From positions 7,899,786 through 7,963,785 of the forward strand of contig MU062841.1 in the NCBI GenBank assembly GCA_013265495.1: a DNA stretch of 64,000 nucleotides, given 5' to 3'. Below, one piece after another: positions 11,876 through 23,045 of the stretch. The notes below the pieces were generated by a model. It was not told the origin of the DNA. It saw only the letters and a program-made list of their open reading frames with translations, and ran no database searches. This DNA comes from Vicugna vicugna. Its lineage: Eukaryota. Numbering within the stretch: the first letter of the stretch is position 1; each line of letters begins with the position of its first letter. The translations under genes and the position numbers were made by a program.

Positions 11876-13814
11876 GAACCCTTTATAATGCATCAGTGTC
11901 ACTTGTGAGGAAACGGAATGTAGTATCAACACAGCCGACCCTGCTTTGGGTGGGTTTAAAGTTTTTAATAAGATTTCAGGTAAATGTTTATTTAAGCGAA
12001 TACTAAGGATGGGGGAATAGTGCTGTTCCCCTCAGGAACTGAAGTCTCATGCTGGAACCATTTCTCCTCCTTGCTCTGTGCTAAAATTAGGAAAGGGGGA
12101 AAGACCAATACAAGGCCATCTACTCATTTCTCAAATTGTCCAAAGCATCCCCACGAACCTCATCACCCTCACTCCAGCCATGGCAATCCTGAGTTTCCAC
12201 AGAACAAGATGAATGACCCTCCTTTGTTTCCAAAGAAAAGCTGTGATAAACCAAAACCGTTCTTACAGTTTCTTCTTGGCTGATTCTGAGGGGCCTCAGC
12301 TGGCAGAGCTGGGAGGGGTCTGGTCCTTCTTCAGCGACTGCAGCCTGGACCTCCACGCACAGCTGGAGATGCTCCACTGGGGCCACTGCCAGGTTACCCC
12401 CGGGTCCATCAAGTGTCCGCCCTTCCCTGACCTCAAGTGATGCGACCCAAATCCAGCTCCTGTGCACGGAGGTGCCTCTCTGCTCCCTGGGCCCAGGCCC
12501 TGGTGCCCTGACCCTGCAGTGGCCTCTGTCCCCACTGTTCCCTTTCCTTTTTTCAGCTCCCCAGGGTGCTGCACAGGAGGACACCCTCCCCCCCCCACCC
12601 CCAGCTGGCAGCTTGCCATGCCGCTCACAAATCCCAGAGGCAGGTAACGTGGCTGTGCCCCAGGCCACCGCCTCCACCTCCAACAGGCCAAGTTCAGCAC
12701 TAAAATTATCTCTAGAAAGAATTCGGTATTTTTAAAAATGGCAAAATCAGAGCTTTGCTGGACTTTGAAATGCTTATTTTGCAATTTGGTATTTTTATTG
12801 TAATTATTGTAATTTCAGTATTTTGAGATACCAGTTAGCTTATTCGGGCTCAGATAATTCTCAGAATTTGCTTTCTAAGTGCTGCCAAAGATAAGAAGCC
12901 TTCAAAAAAGGATCATTTTCAAGAGAGTTCTCCCAATTAAAACTCCTTACCCAACTGTCTTCAGTGCATGAAAACTTCTCCTCCTCTGGAAACTTCTCTC
13001 CCTCGTTTCTCCCTTCTTCCAGCCAAGACTTGAACTGAGTCCAGACTCTGGCCTCAGGGAATTCAGAGCCAAGGAGAGGGACAGGTATTGCTTCCTTTGT
13101 CTAACTTCAAGCCTCTCCAACCCACCTTCCAAGTGCTGCCAGTCAACCCCACCTCTCCCCCAGGGGAAGTCCCTCTCCGCTCTCCAACCCACTCCGGTAA
13201 AGGCTGGCCCTCAGCATGGTACCAGACCCTCAGAGAGCCTCAGAGACCAGCTGCTGCTTCCGCCTGCCCCTTCCCCCACCACGGCAACACCAGGCTGCTT
13301 GCTGCCCGCCCCTGGACGGCCCTGCTCTCTTGAGCCTAAGTGCCCGGGATGTCCCAGCCCTCTACGGCCCTGTCCTGGGAAATCCACATCCATCCTTCAG
13401 TCTCATCCCCATCATGTCCTCCTCTCCTAAGTCTTCCCTGACCCCCTTGTTCTCCTATACGACCACTGCACCTTGTCCCGGACACCAGCCCCACTGCCTC
13501 CCCAGTCTACAGCCCTGGCTATGAGGGCAGCCTGCCCTGGCCATGTTTCATATCCAAGACAGGCCATCTGGCCAAAGTGGATTCTAGGAGAGCCAGTCCA
13601 TAACTAGAAGCATCCTATGGACTATCCTGGAGTGAAAAACCATAAGCTGGGCCGATCAGACTTACTCATTTATTTATTTGTTCCCTCTCCAGCATCTGAA
13701 CTGGGGAATCAAGCGGGCAGCAGCAGGAGCCGGAATCACCCATCGTGTGAAACCATGTAGTTGAATCCACCTGCTCAACAGAGGTTCTCACTGATACGTA
13801 AACTCACGTGAGGA

Positions 13815-14293
13815 GTGGACTGGGTTTCCACTGCCGCCACAACTAATTACCACAAGCTTAGGGGCTGAAAACAACACGAATGTATTACCTTACCATTCCA
13901 TAGGTCCGAAGTCTGGCATGGGTCTCACTGGGCTGCGTGGCTTTCTGAAGGCTCCAGGGGAGAAGCTGTTTCCTTGTCCAGCGTCTAGAGGCTGCCTCTG
14001 TCCCTTGACTCGTGGCCCCTTTGTTTATCTTCAAAGCCAGCAACGTTGCATCTCTCCGACTCTTCATAACCATATCTCTTTCTGATCCCACTCAGGAAAG
14101 GTTCTCTGCTTTTAAGAACTCATGTGATTAGACTGCCCCCCTCCCAAGAAAATCCAGGATAATCTCCCTCTCTGCCGGTCCCTAACTGTACTCACACCTG
14201 TAGGGCCCCTCCTGGCATGTAAGGTAATCTATTTACTGCTTCCAGGGATTGGGGTGTGGACGTCTTTGGGGAGCCATCACCTTGTCTAGCACA
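13815..14293 (-). mobile_element. MaLR solo LTR (MLT1D-like)
   Basis: aactaattaccacaagcttaggggctgaaaacaacac...ccagggattggggtgtggacgtctttgggg...aca. Confidence 0.85.
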
Positions 14294-17200
14294 GGAGCTT
14301 GCTAAAACGCACACTGCCAGGCCCGCCCCACAACGGTGCTAATCCAGGAGGTTTTTCTGGGAAACCCCAGACAGCTCTGAAGAAGCTGGTGTGCAGACCA
14401 GCCTTAGAAAAACACGAATACACACAAGTCAGTCAGGAAATGAGGGGGCTGTGGCAAGGGGAGGGGGAGGCAGGCATCCTTAGAGTCACTGCGGGTTCCT
14501 TCCAGGCCCTGGAACCTGTTGTCTCACAAAGTCCTCAGAGTGGCCAGGGCTCACCCCAGCTCTGGAGAAGCTGGGTGTCCCCTGAACTCCCGTTCCTGGT
14601 CACCTGTGAGAGCCCTGCTTGAGGGGAGCCTCACAAATCCCCCGTCTGCTGAGTTCCATTAGCACCTGCGACGTATCATCTCGCCTCTTCACCGGAGTCT
14701 AACACATCTGTGGACAGTATCTGTGTCTTTTCACCTTTGTGTTCCCAGGGCCTGGGGCATAACGGGGCTCAAGAAATATCTGTTAAATGAACACACGAAT
14801 TAGTGATTTGAGGGCCGTGCGGGTGGGAAGAGCTATATAAGAAGCATGAGAGAAGTCCCCTGGAGTGGGTGATTTTAATCGGGAGGGCCCAGGCCTTTGA
14901 GCTGGGTCTAAGAAGAGGGCTCAGGTTGGAAGAGGGGAAAGATTCCAGGCAGGGGAAGATCAGGAACAAAAAACCACAGAGAGAAGGCAACAGCAAGGCC
15001 TGGGCAGGACCAGGGAGGTGGCTGGTGTGACCTCACGGGGGAGGATGGAGAGACAGTGCCAGAACTTGACCCAAGCTATAGGAAGAGGCCTCTGGCAGCT
15101 TTACATAAGAGGGTGGCGAAGGTGGAGAAGATCCTGGAGTGAGCAGATCAGGACTAGGACAGGGACAGCCTGGTGAGAAGAGGCAGAGATAAGCGAAGAG
15201 ATCAGGATGACCAGAGGAAGAAGCCCGAGACTGTGGCTCACTGTACCAGCTGCAAGGGCAGGGACATAAAGATGGTGCTGACACTTGGGGGGCGGTGGCA
15301 CCACGGTCAGGGATCGGTGGGGGAGGGGGCAGCACTGGACAAAGGGGAATGTGAGGAGCTGGCTCTGTCCCAGAGACTGGAGGCGGTGGTGGGGGTAAGC
15401 GTGTCACGGGAAGGTGATCCAGGTTGGATCCTTGGAGACCCCCACACTACACGGCAGGAGGAGGAGGGGGAGGAGAGGTTGGGGAAAGACAAGAACTGGG
15501 AAGGAGAACTTCAGTCATGGGAGGATTATTTCAAAAGAACGAGGTCAACTTTCCCAAATGCCCCAGAGAAGGAAAACATAGCACCTGATTTGGTGTGGTT
15601 CCTGCAGCGCTGGGCGCCAGAGCCCTCCCCCAAGGCTGCAGACTGCCGGCAAAGCAAGCAGGCAGCGGGCCAGAGTCACTTCCACTCAGTAGTGGGCTCT
15701 CGTGCAAACATGCACTGGCTTACCTAGCAGTGCCTTCAAGTTAAATCACCCTCCACCCCAAACCTCTGCTGTCACACAGGGGATGGCTGCACAGAGGGCC
15801 TAGGCAGTCGGGGGCTAGGACAGCCTCAGGGAGATGTCTGCAGCACCAGAACATCGGAGCAATTCAGGTATTCCCGAGGGTGGAAGCCTGACACAGAGGT
15901 AGAGGAGTGAGAGGGCGGAGCAGGAACAGGGGCCGTCTCAACAGATACGGACCCCTTCCCCCAACAATCCTGGAAAGATGCAGGCCCCAGCCTTCAGAGG
16001 TTCACTTCCGGAGAAAAGGAGGTCCCAGGACTGACTGAGATCAAAGTGCATGAGCCTGGTAGAACGAAGGCTCAAAACAGAAATTTACTTGAATGAAGGG
16101 AAAATAGAGAAGGTGGTATTTCTTTCCCTCCTGAGCTGTGCGTTGAGATTCACACCTCCTCCACATGTTTGGGAAAAGCTGGTCCTCTGCCTGGCACAGA
16201 CTTTGCCATCTGAATAATCTGCTCAAATAGCTCTGGAAAAATCTTTTCTGGTAGAATGAGTTTCTGAGATTAACTTTTCCCCCAAAAGCCAGGAACACAA
16301 GCATATACTCTCTGCTGCCTTCTGCTCAGAAGGGCAGCCCTGCAGGAGAAAAGGGTCTCTTGGGTTTAGAAAAGCTTTGGTATCGGCCCCATCTAGGCGG
16401 AATGTGACAGACTGGAGGGCAGGTGTCCTCTAAGCATACCAAGCACGGGGCTGCCCCAAAGCAGGAATCAGAAGTGCTGGCATCCTCAAAAACCCTCATT
16501 GTGTTCCAAAGGCTTCTGTACCTCAACCATCCATGCTTTGGCTCAGGAAGTCGCCCCGGAAAACATCAACCTACCCCTGGGGAGATCCAGGGTTTCCAAA
16601 ATAACTTAATACACAAAGGGCTTCTGAAAGATTTTTGTTCGCTGAAAAACAGACACAAACATTTTACTGAACTATGTATTTCTACATAAACAACTCTTTT
16701 ACAACAAAATCAGATAAAATCCACAAAGGTATACAAGTCTTTAAAGGAAAATATTTTTTCCCTTAAGTATAAAAAGATGACTTGCCAAATAACATCATAC
16801 TGAAACACATAAAGCAAAAACCGTTAGAAACACAAGAGAAACAGACAGAAACACAGCAGTAGTGGGAGACTAACACACCTTCCTCAGTCTTCAATGAATC
16901 AAGTGAGCAAAGATTAAAGGCCCACAATATTATAATTAATAAGGTCAAATCAATACATGTAGGTTGAATTGTGTTCCCGTCAGAGGATATACCATCTTTT
17001 TCAGTTTCCTGGGAATAGTTACTAAATTGAACAATTTATTAAGTCCCAAGAAAACATCAATAAACTCTAAAATGCAGAAGCTTGTACAGGCCATACCCTC
17101 TTTGACAGCAAGGCAGTAAAACTAGAAATTTATAACAAATGTTAAAAAACAACGAAAAGTATCAAACTACCTAGAAATTTAAAAGTATAATTTCAAATAA

Positions 17201-19043
17201 CTTCAGTAAAAAATAAAGTCAAATCTGAAATTACAAATTATTTATAACTTAGAATATCATACGTAAGAATTTAAGGGATATGGATAAAGAAATAGAAGAA
17301 AAGTCATATAGCCTTATGATTGCTAGCAAATATATCTACTATAAACAAAAAAAGGTTAAAATGACATTCAACTTGAGGTGAAAAAAATAATGAAATAAAG
17401 GAAATTAATAAAAATGAAAACAAACCAAAAAAAAATCATAAAATGGTAAAATAATAAATTAAGATATAAGTCCCAGAGTTGGTTCTTTGAAAAGTCCAAT
17501 AAAAGAGGCTAATTCTGAAAAACTAATCAGAATAAAAAGGGAAAGCACAGACATGACATTATGGATGAGAGAAAAGAATACAGTAACTCCTTGTGAGCAA
17601 ATTTGAAAATCTTAACAGAGTCATCATATAGGAAATTTAAATTGCCAAAAACTTACAGAACAGGAAGAAAGTTTAAAGAAGCTAATGAGCATGGAATAAG
17701 ATTGAAAAAGTTGTCAAAGAATTATTTCCTAAAAAGGCACTAGACTTGGACAGATTTATACATGTTATAAAAACTTCAAGGAGCAAAAAATTCTAAATAT
17801 TAAACTGTTTAAGGGCATAGAAAAAAGAGAGCACGTTTCCCAAGTTTTTTTTTTTTAAAGAAGCTAACACAAACCTAACATCAATACCCGACAAAGACAG
17901 CAGAAAAAACTATACAACTATCCATCTTAACATAAACAAAATTCCAAAATAATGAGCAAACCAAATCCAGAGTATTTTTCTTATTTTAAAGCTCTTATTT
18001 TCATCATACAAGTAATACAAGAACCGTGTAGAAAAATCAGAAAATACAGATAAGAACACAAAATAAAAATCTACCATAAACCAACCCATCATAAATAACC
18101 ACTGTTAACACTGAGTGGAGATATATCCTGGAAGAACAATATGTCATGACTAAATAAGATTTTTCTAGAAATGCAGAGAGGGTTTAACATTAGCAAATTT
18201 ATTAAAATGATTCTTATTAAATCATGATAAAAACCATTTGATCATTTTGACAGATGTGAAAAAAGGCATTTAATAAAATTCCAACACCCATTACTGATAA
18301 AACTTTCAGCAAACTAGGAAGAGAAGTGTATAACTTTAATATATAAATTCAAATATTAAGAATATCTTATATTAAGAGGCAAATGTGTACTTCTGGAGAA
18401 ACAGTAGCGGTTTCTCCTCTAGAGTGGAGAAACACTATATTCTCGCCAAGTAAAAAGTGTATATAAAGAAGAATGTACAACATCAGCACAATTTATAGAC
18501 ATGTTATTTAACATTGTCCTAAGATTGCTGGTCAATGTGATAAGGAAGTGGAATAAGATAATTAAAAATATGGAGGTAAAATTATCACAATTCAGAACTT
18601 CTTATCTACCTGAAAAAGGCAGAAGAATTATTAACAATAAAACTATTAAAATGAAAGGAAATTCAGTAATTGGCTAGTTACAGAATAAATAAGTAACCAA
18701 CTGCCAAGTTAAACAAGCCAGCAAACAACCACACCACTCTCTATGCAGAGTTAAGAAGAATGAGGTAGATTGATATGTACTGACAGGAAGATGTTCAAGA
18801 TCTATCGCCAAGTGAAAAATGCAAGCAGTAGAAGGGTGGTATCATACGGTCAAAATGCTAAAACCTATTTTAGGAAAAAAAACTGAGGACTATGCATCAA
18901 CTATTGACTTTATCTTGGGGCAGAGGAATTTTGATTATGGACAACTTTCAATTTCTAGATTATGTTTTTTCATAATGTTTACATTTCCACAACTTATAAC
19001 ATTTTAAGTCAGAAAAATCAGTGGATTTAATTTTTTTATAAAG

Positions 19044-19170
19044 TATTATTTTATTTTGGTGGGAGGAGGTAATTAAGTTTATTTATTTTTGGAGGAGATA
19101 CTGGGGATTGAACCCAGGACCTTTTATATGCTAAACATGCACTCTACCACTTGAGCTGTACCCTCCTCCC
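19044..19170 (-). mobile_element. Vic-1 SINE nested in old L1
   Basis: Reverse complement reads ggaggagggtacagctcaagtggtagagtgcatg...gggttcaatccccagtatctcc plus aattacctcc tail. Confidence 0.88.
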
Positions 19171-20211
19171 AATTTTTTTTAAAAAAAGTAATGGTATACC
19201 TTTATACTAACAAGCAGCTAGAAAATATAATGGACAAAACAGCTCATTTACCATAGTAACCACAACTACAAAAAATTACCTATACTAGAAAAAATACACT
19301 GAGGGACATAATACTTTATAAATCTACTTAAATGAAAGGTTAAATATTACAAAGATGTTAATTCCCCCTATAGTAACCTATGCATTTTACACAATCCAAT
19401 TTCTAATTCTTCTAAACATTACAAAATGATCTTGAATTTCTTTTGGAAAGATTAACATACGAAAAGTACTAGGACATTTTTGAAGAAGTTTAATTAATGG
19501 AGACATTTAGTCTAAATCTGCGATGATCAAACAATGTGGTACCAGCGCCAGAATGTGCAAACAGACCACAAGAGAAAGTTCAGAAGCATGCTTAACAATA
19601 TTGCGTATGTAGTGAAAATGGCATTTTGTAACAGTAGAGAAAGGACAGATTTCCTAATAAATGATTCTGGGGTAGTTTCGAAAATAAATTCCACCTGGAT
19701 CACAGATTTAATTGTTTAAAAGAAACAATGAAAGTATAAGAATAAAATACTGGTGAAAATTAATACAATCTTGGAATCAAAATTGCAAAGATAAGCAAAG
19801 GTAGCAACCATAAAAGACAGATTTGACTAAAAATTTTTTTTAAATGTCAACATTTTTTTAAAAAGCCATACATGCAACTTAAAAAAAAATAATGTTTATG
19901 GGAAAAAAAATTCTTAGAAATCAATGAGAACAGCTAAACACCTTGTAAGAAAACTGGCCAGAGCAGATAACTAGGTAAACTAGAAAAGAATAAAGTCTAA
20001 TAAATATTTTTGCTAGTGCACTTTAATCAAAAAAATGCCAATAAAAGATGCCTATCAAAACTAGCCCGGCAGTTCCCATGGTAACACCAGCGTGAAAGAG
20101 GGAGTCCGACATTCTCACACATTGCTGGTGGGAATTTAATTTGGTATCATCTTCCTGGAAGGCAATTTGAGTCAATATATATTAAAAGTCCTCAAAATGT
20201 GTGTACTTTTT

Positions 20212-20615
20212 TATTGTTGGTCAGAATAAAAATATGTTATGCTGCAGTAACAAATTAACCCTGACATCCCAGTGGTGTAACCCTGAACGTTTATCCTTTA
20301 CTCACACTACGTCCATGCAGGTGGGTGGGTAGCTCAGGATATCATGACAGGAGATGCAGTCACTCAGGGACCCAGGCTGACAGAAGGTCCACCCCTGGGA
20401 TGTCACCATCTCTGGGGCCAGGCGACAGAGACTGGAGACCTTCACAGGGGCATCTCACAGTCTTAGCCTGGACGTTTCAAACGTCACATCAACTCACACT
20501 TCATTGGCCAGAATTAGTAACAGGAACCTGCATGACTATAGGGCCTGGAAAGTGGCGTCTCCTGTGCGCTCAGGAGGGAGAGGGGACAGAGCAGCATGTG
20601 TTACCGCCCATCACA
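20212..20615 (-). mobile_element. MaLR solo LTR (MLT1K/L-like) inserted in old L1
   Basis: tatgttatgctgcagtaacaaattaacc...tcactcagggacccaggctgacagaagg...cacttcattggccagaattagt. Confidence 0.75.
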
Positions 20616-21187
20616 CTTTTGAAACAGCAAGTCCAATTTTAGAAAATGATCCTAAGTAAGTATTCTGAATAGTTCACAAAGATGTTAGACGAATGGATTT
20701 CATCACATCCTTGAGCACAACAGTAAAAAACTGTAAACAACTTAAGTGTCCAAGGAATAACCAACATAGATGTTAAAACTGATGCAATTACATATTTACT
20801 GTTATAGAAATATATTCACAATAGAGTGTTTAAGGAGAAAAATGCAAGTTATAAAACATTTATGTATCATATGATTATATCTCATGAAAGAAGTAATAAA
20901 ACACATAGAGATGCATACAAAAAAGTCTGAAAAGATATATACCAAAACGTTAACAGTGGTTATAATAAGATGGAGTAAAAACAGGTGATTTTTTTCTTAT
21001 CATCTGTAGTTTCTTTTTTTTTTAAAGTATATATTATTTATGCGCGAAAAAGGCATTTAAAAAGGAAAAAAAAACCAGTATTCTTGGGAGAGGCCACTTA
21101 TCCACCTCATACTAATCATTAAATTCTTACATTTGATGCAAGAAATGCCTAAATTGTCTGTCACACCAGAAGACACTGCTACAACGA

Positions 21188-21196
21188 TTTAATAAA
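21188..21196. terminator. Overlapping poly(A) hexamers: ATTAAA on - (candidate distal HOMER2 site) and AATAAA on +
   Basis: tttaataaa; on the minus strand it has upstream TGTA and downstream GT-rich gtgtcttctggtgtg. Confidence 0.45.
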
Positions 21197-21576
21197 GTCA
21201 GGACTTTATATTAAAAGCAGTACAATAGGGGAAGAACAGTAACACGTTCCCCACAGCGGCATATCATCGGACCTGTCAATCATCTGCCAAACGTCCAAAC
21301 AGCCTGGACTCCACCGTGGTTTCTTTGGGCTCCTGCCAGGTGCACCGGGGGTCTGTGGCTGGGGGGCCACTCTTCACAAGGCTCTGCATTCGTCAAAGAG
21401 AGTAGGGCACTGTACAACTCTGCTCAGAACAAAAGACCCCCATGTTCTTCTCAGAAATGGATTCCAGAACACACAGCATCACCACCAGGGTGATTCAAGA
21501 CTCCTCTTAGCTACATATATTTTTTACTGAAAACTCTTCCTTGTTGTTTCTTCTGCCTCCCACTGCTTCTCCCCCA

Positions 21577-21624
21577 ACACACACACACACACACACACAC
21601 TCTGTCTCTCTCTCTCTCTCTCTC
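21577..21624 (+). repeat. Compound microsatellite (AC)12-tctg-(TC)10
   Basis: Direct reading. Confidence 0.95.
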
Positions 21625-22911
21625 CAAAGTTCACTAGAACATTTCATCCAGCTGCCAAATTCTTACCAAAGTCACCTTCTTGCTAGCTGGTGTTTAAAGA
21701 GGAAGTGGAAACCTCATATTCTTGAGATAGGTGTACAGAAAAGACATGTAAAATGACACACGTTTCCACACAGGATTCCTTCTCCATGCCGTCACCCCCA
21801 CCATCCCCAGAATATACAATATTTTGGGGGGGGGGAACCGGGTACTCAGAAATTAGGATCATTTTAAACCATGCATGTCATCTAAAAATATATATGGATG
21901 TTGATTTGCAAGCTTCTAGTTTAAATCACTGCTTCAAAATTCAGTGGTGTTTCAAGTGAAAAAAGAATCACAGCTTTTAGAAGGACGACCAGCACAAATC
22001 GCCACTTTCAGTGATGAGCAGAGGGCAATGGCTGGCTCTCTCACAGGGCAGCCTCTGCCGAGTGCCTCTGCTAAGTCCCATCACGGCCGCCTGCTTTCTA
22101 AAAGTGTACCAGGCCACATGACACATCCCACAATAAGGTCCCTGGCACGCCCTGGGGTTGGCTGTCATCCAAAGTTGCCCCTGATTTCTATAAAAAAGCA
22201 GTCTGTTCTATAGAAAAGGAGTCTTTTCAAAACAGGCAGATCGTGATGCCCCTCGGCAGCACATTAAGTATATTCTACCCTTTATTTGATGTTTTACGGC
22301 AAATGCAGTACATACCAGCCATGCATCGGCCAAACATCACCCAGGCTGTGCCCATGGGCTGCCCGAGTCTAGAGACGTCCATGAGGAGTCTGCAGGACGG
22401 AGACCAACTGCCCACTGTGGACAGTCAGTCCTCCTGGGGGTCGGTCAGGTCCCACTCATCTGCTCTGACCAGTGGCTGGCCTGCTCCCTCCCCAGGGCTG
22501 GCTCTGGTCTGGGAAGAGGGTAGGCAGGGACAGGTGACCCCCACGCCCCTACCAGAACTCTGCTTACTGCTCTGCCATCACGGGACTCCTGTTTCTTTTA
22601 AAGAAACTGCTGTGTCTCCTCGAAAACCATCAAAGAAAGAACTCAGAGTGTTCGCGTTTCATCACTCTGGCCTCTCAGAGCACTGACATTACTTTAACCA
22701 ACAGTCTCTTGGAAGGATCCCTGCAAAACCAGAACCATTCAAAATTGGAACCAACTGTTGTAGTGAATGTAAATGCCCTTCTGATTCACTCATTTACACG
22801 CTGTCATTTGCTGTGGACATATGTTAACATAGTGTAACTGCAAGGTGCTCTTATCAGGATACAAGAGAATCTTTTTTTCTTGGCACCCAAAGGTCACCCA
22901 AGGGAGAAGAG

Positions 22912-23045
22912 AGCATGGCTCACAGAGCTAGATCAGGGTCCAGGAGACCTGGATGCAGCCACACTGCTGCTCCTTAGCTGGGTGACCCTGGATGTGTCCC
23001 TTCCGTCTCTGCTTCCTCTGCAAAATGGGGAGTGATCTCTGCCCT
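22912..23045 (+). mobile_element. MIR
   Basis: tagctgggtgaccctgg...ttcctctgcaaaatgggg core. Confidence 0.6.

Larger units (their letters stand above)
429..11900 (+). other. WHAMM: WHAMM gene, 3' portion (probable exons 3-10 plus 3'UTR); 5' exons are upstream of the window
   Basis: Eight AG/GT-bounded exons (151,170,166,188,87,96,478,308 nt) join in one frame. They encode coiled-coil, polyproline and WH2-WH2-C-A (acidic, Trp at -3) regions characteristic of WHAMM/JMY. Tail-to-tail position with HOMER2 matches known mammalian synteny. The 3' end is approximate. Confidence 0.96.
16770..21060 (+). mobile_element. Heavily decayed old L1 (L1M-type) ORF2 and 3' end, interrupted by Vic-1, MLT1 and other L1 pieces
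   Basis: Degenerate ORF2 landmarks appear in order: endonuclease end (YTFFS...KLEI, ~16990-17130), agttggttctttgaaaag (SWFFEK, ~17478), KSPGPD-like (~17735), gaaaaaaggcatttaataaaattccaacac (AEKAFDKIQH, ~18258). Confidence 0.8.

Noticed and set aside
12120-12784. 187-aa and 162-aa minus-strand ORFs past WHAMM
   Set aside because: Non-ATG starts, GC-rich low-complexity composition, no family I recognise
15033-15727. Overlapping 124-184 aa ORFs in a purine-skewed GC-rich tract
   Set aside because: Composition-driven open frames, no recognisable domain or splice structure
22880-22886. miR-96 7mer site (GTGCCAA on -) in the putative long HOMER2 UTR
   Set aside because: A single 7-mer in about 4.8 kb is near chance expectation; needs conservation data
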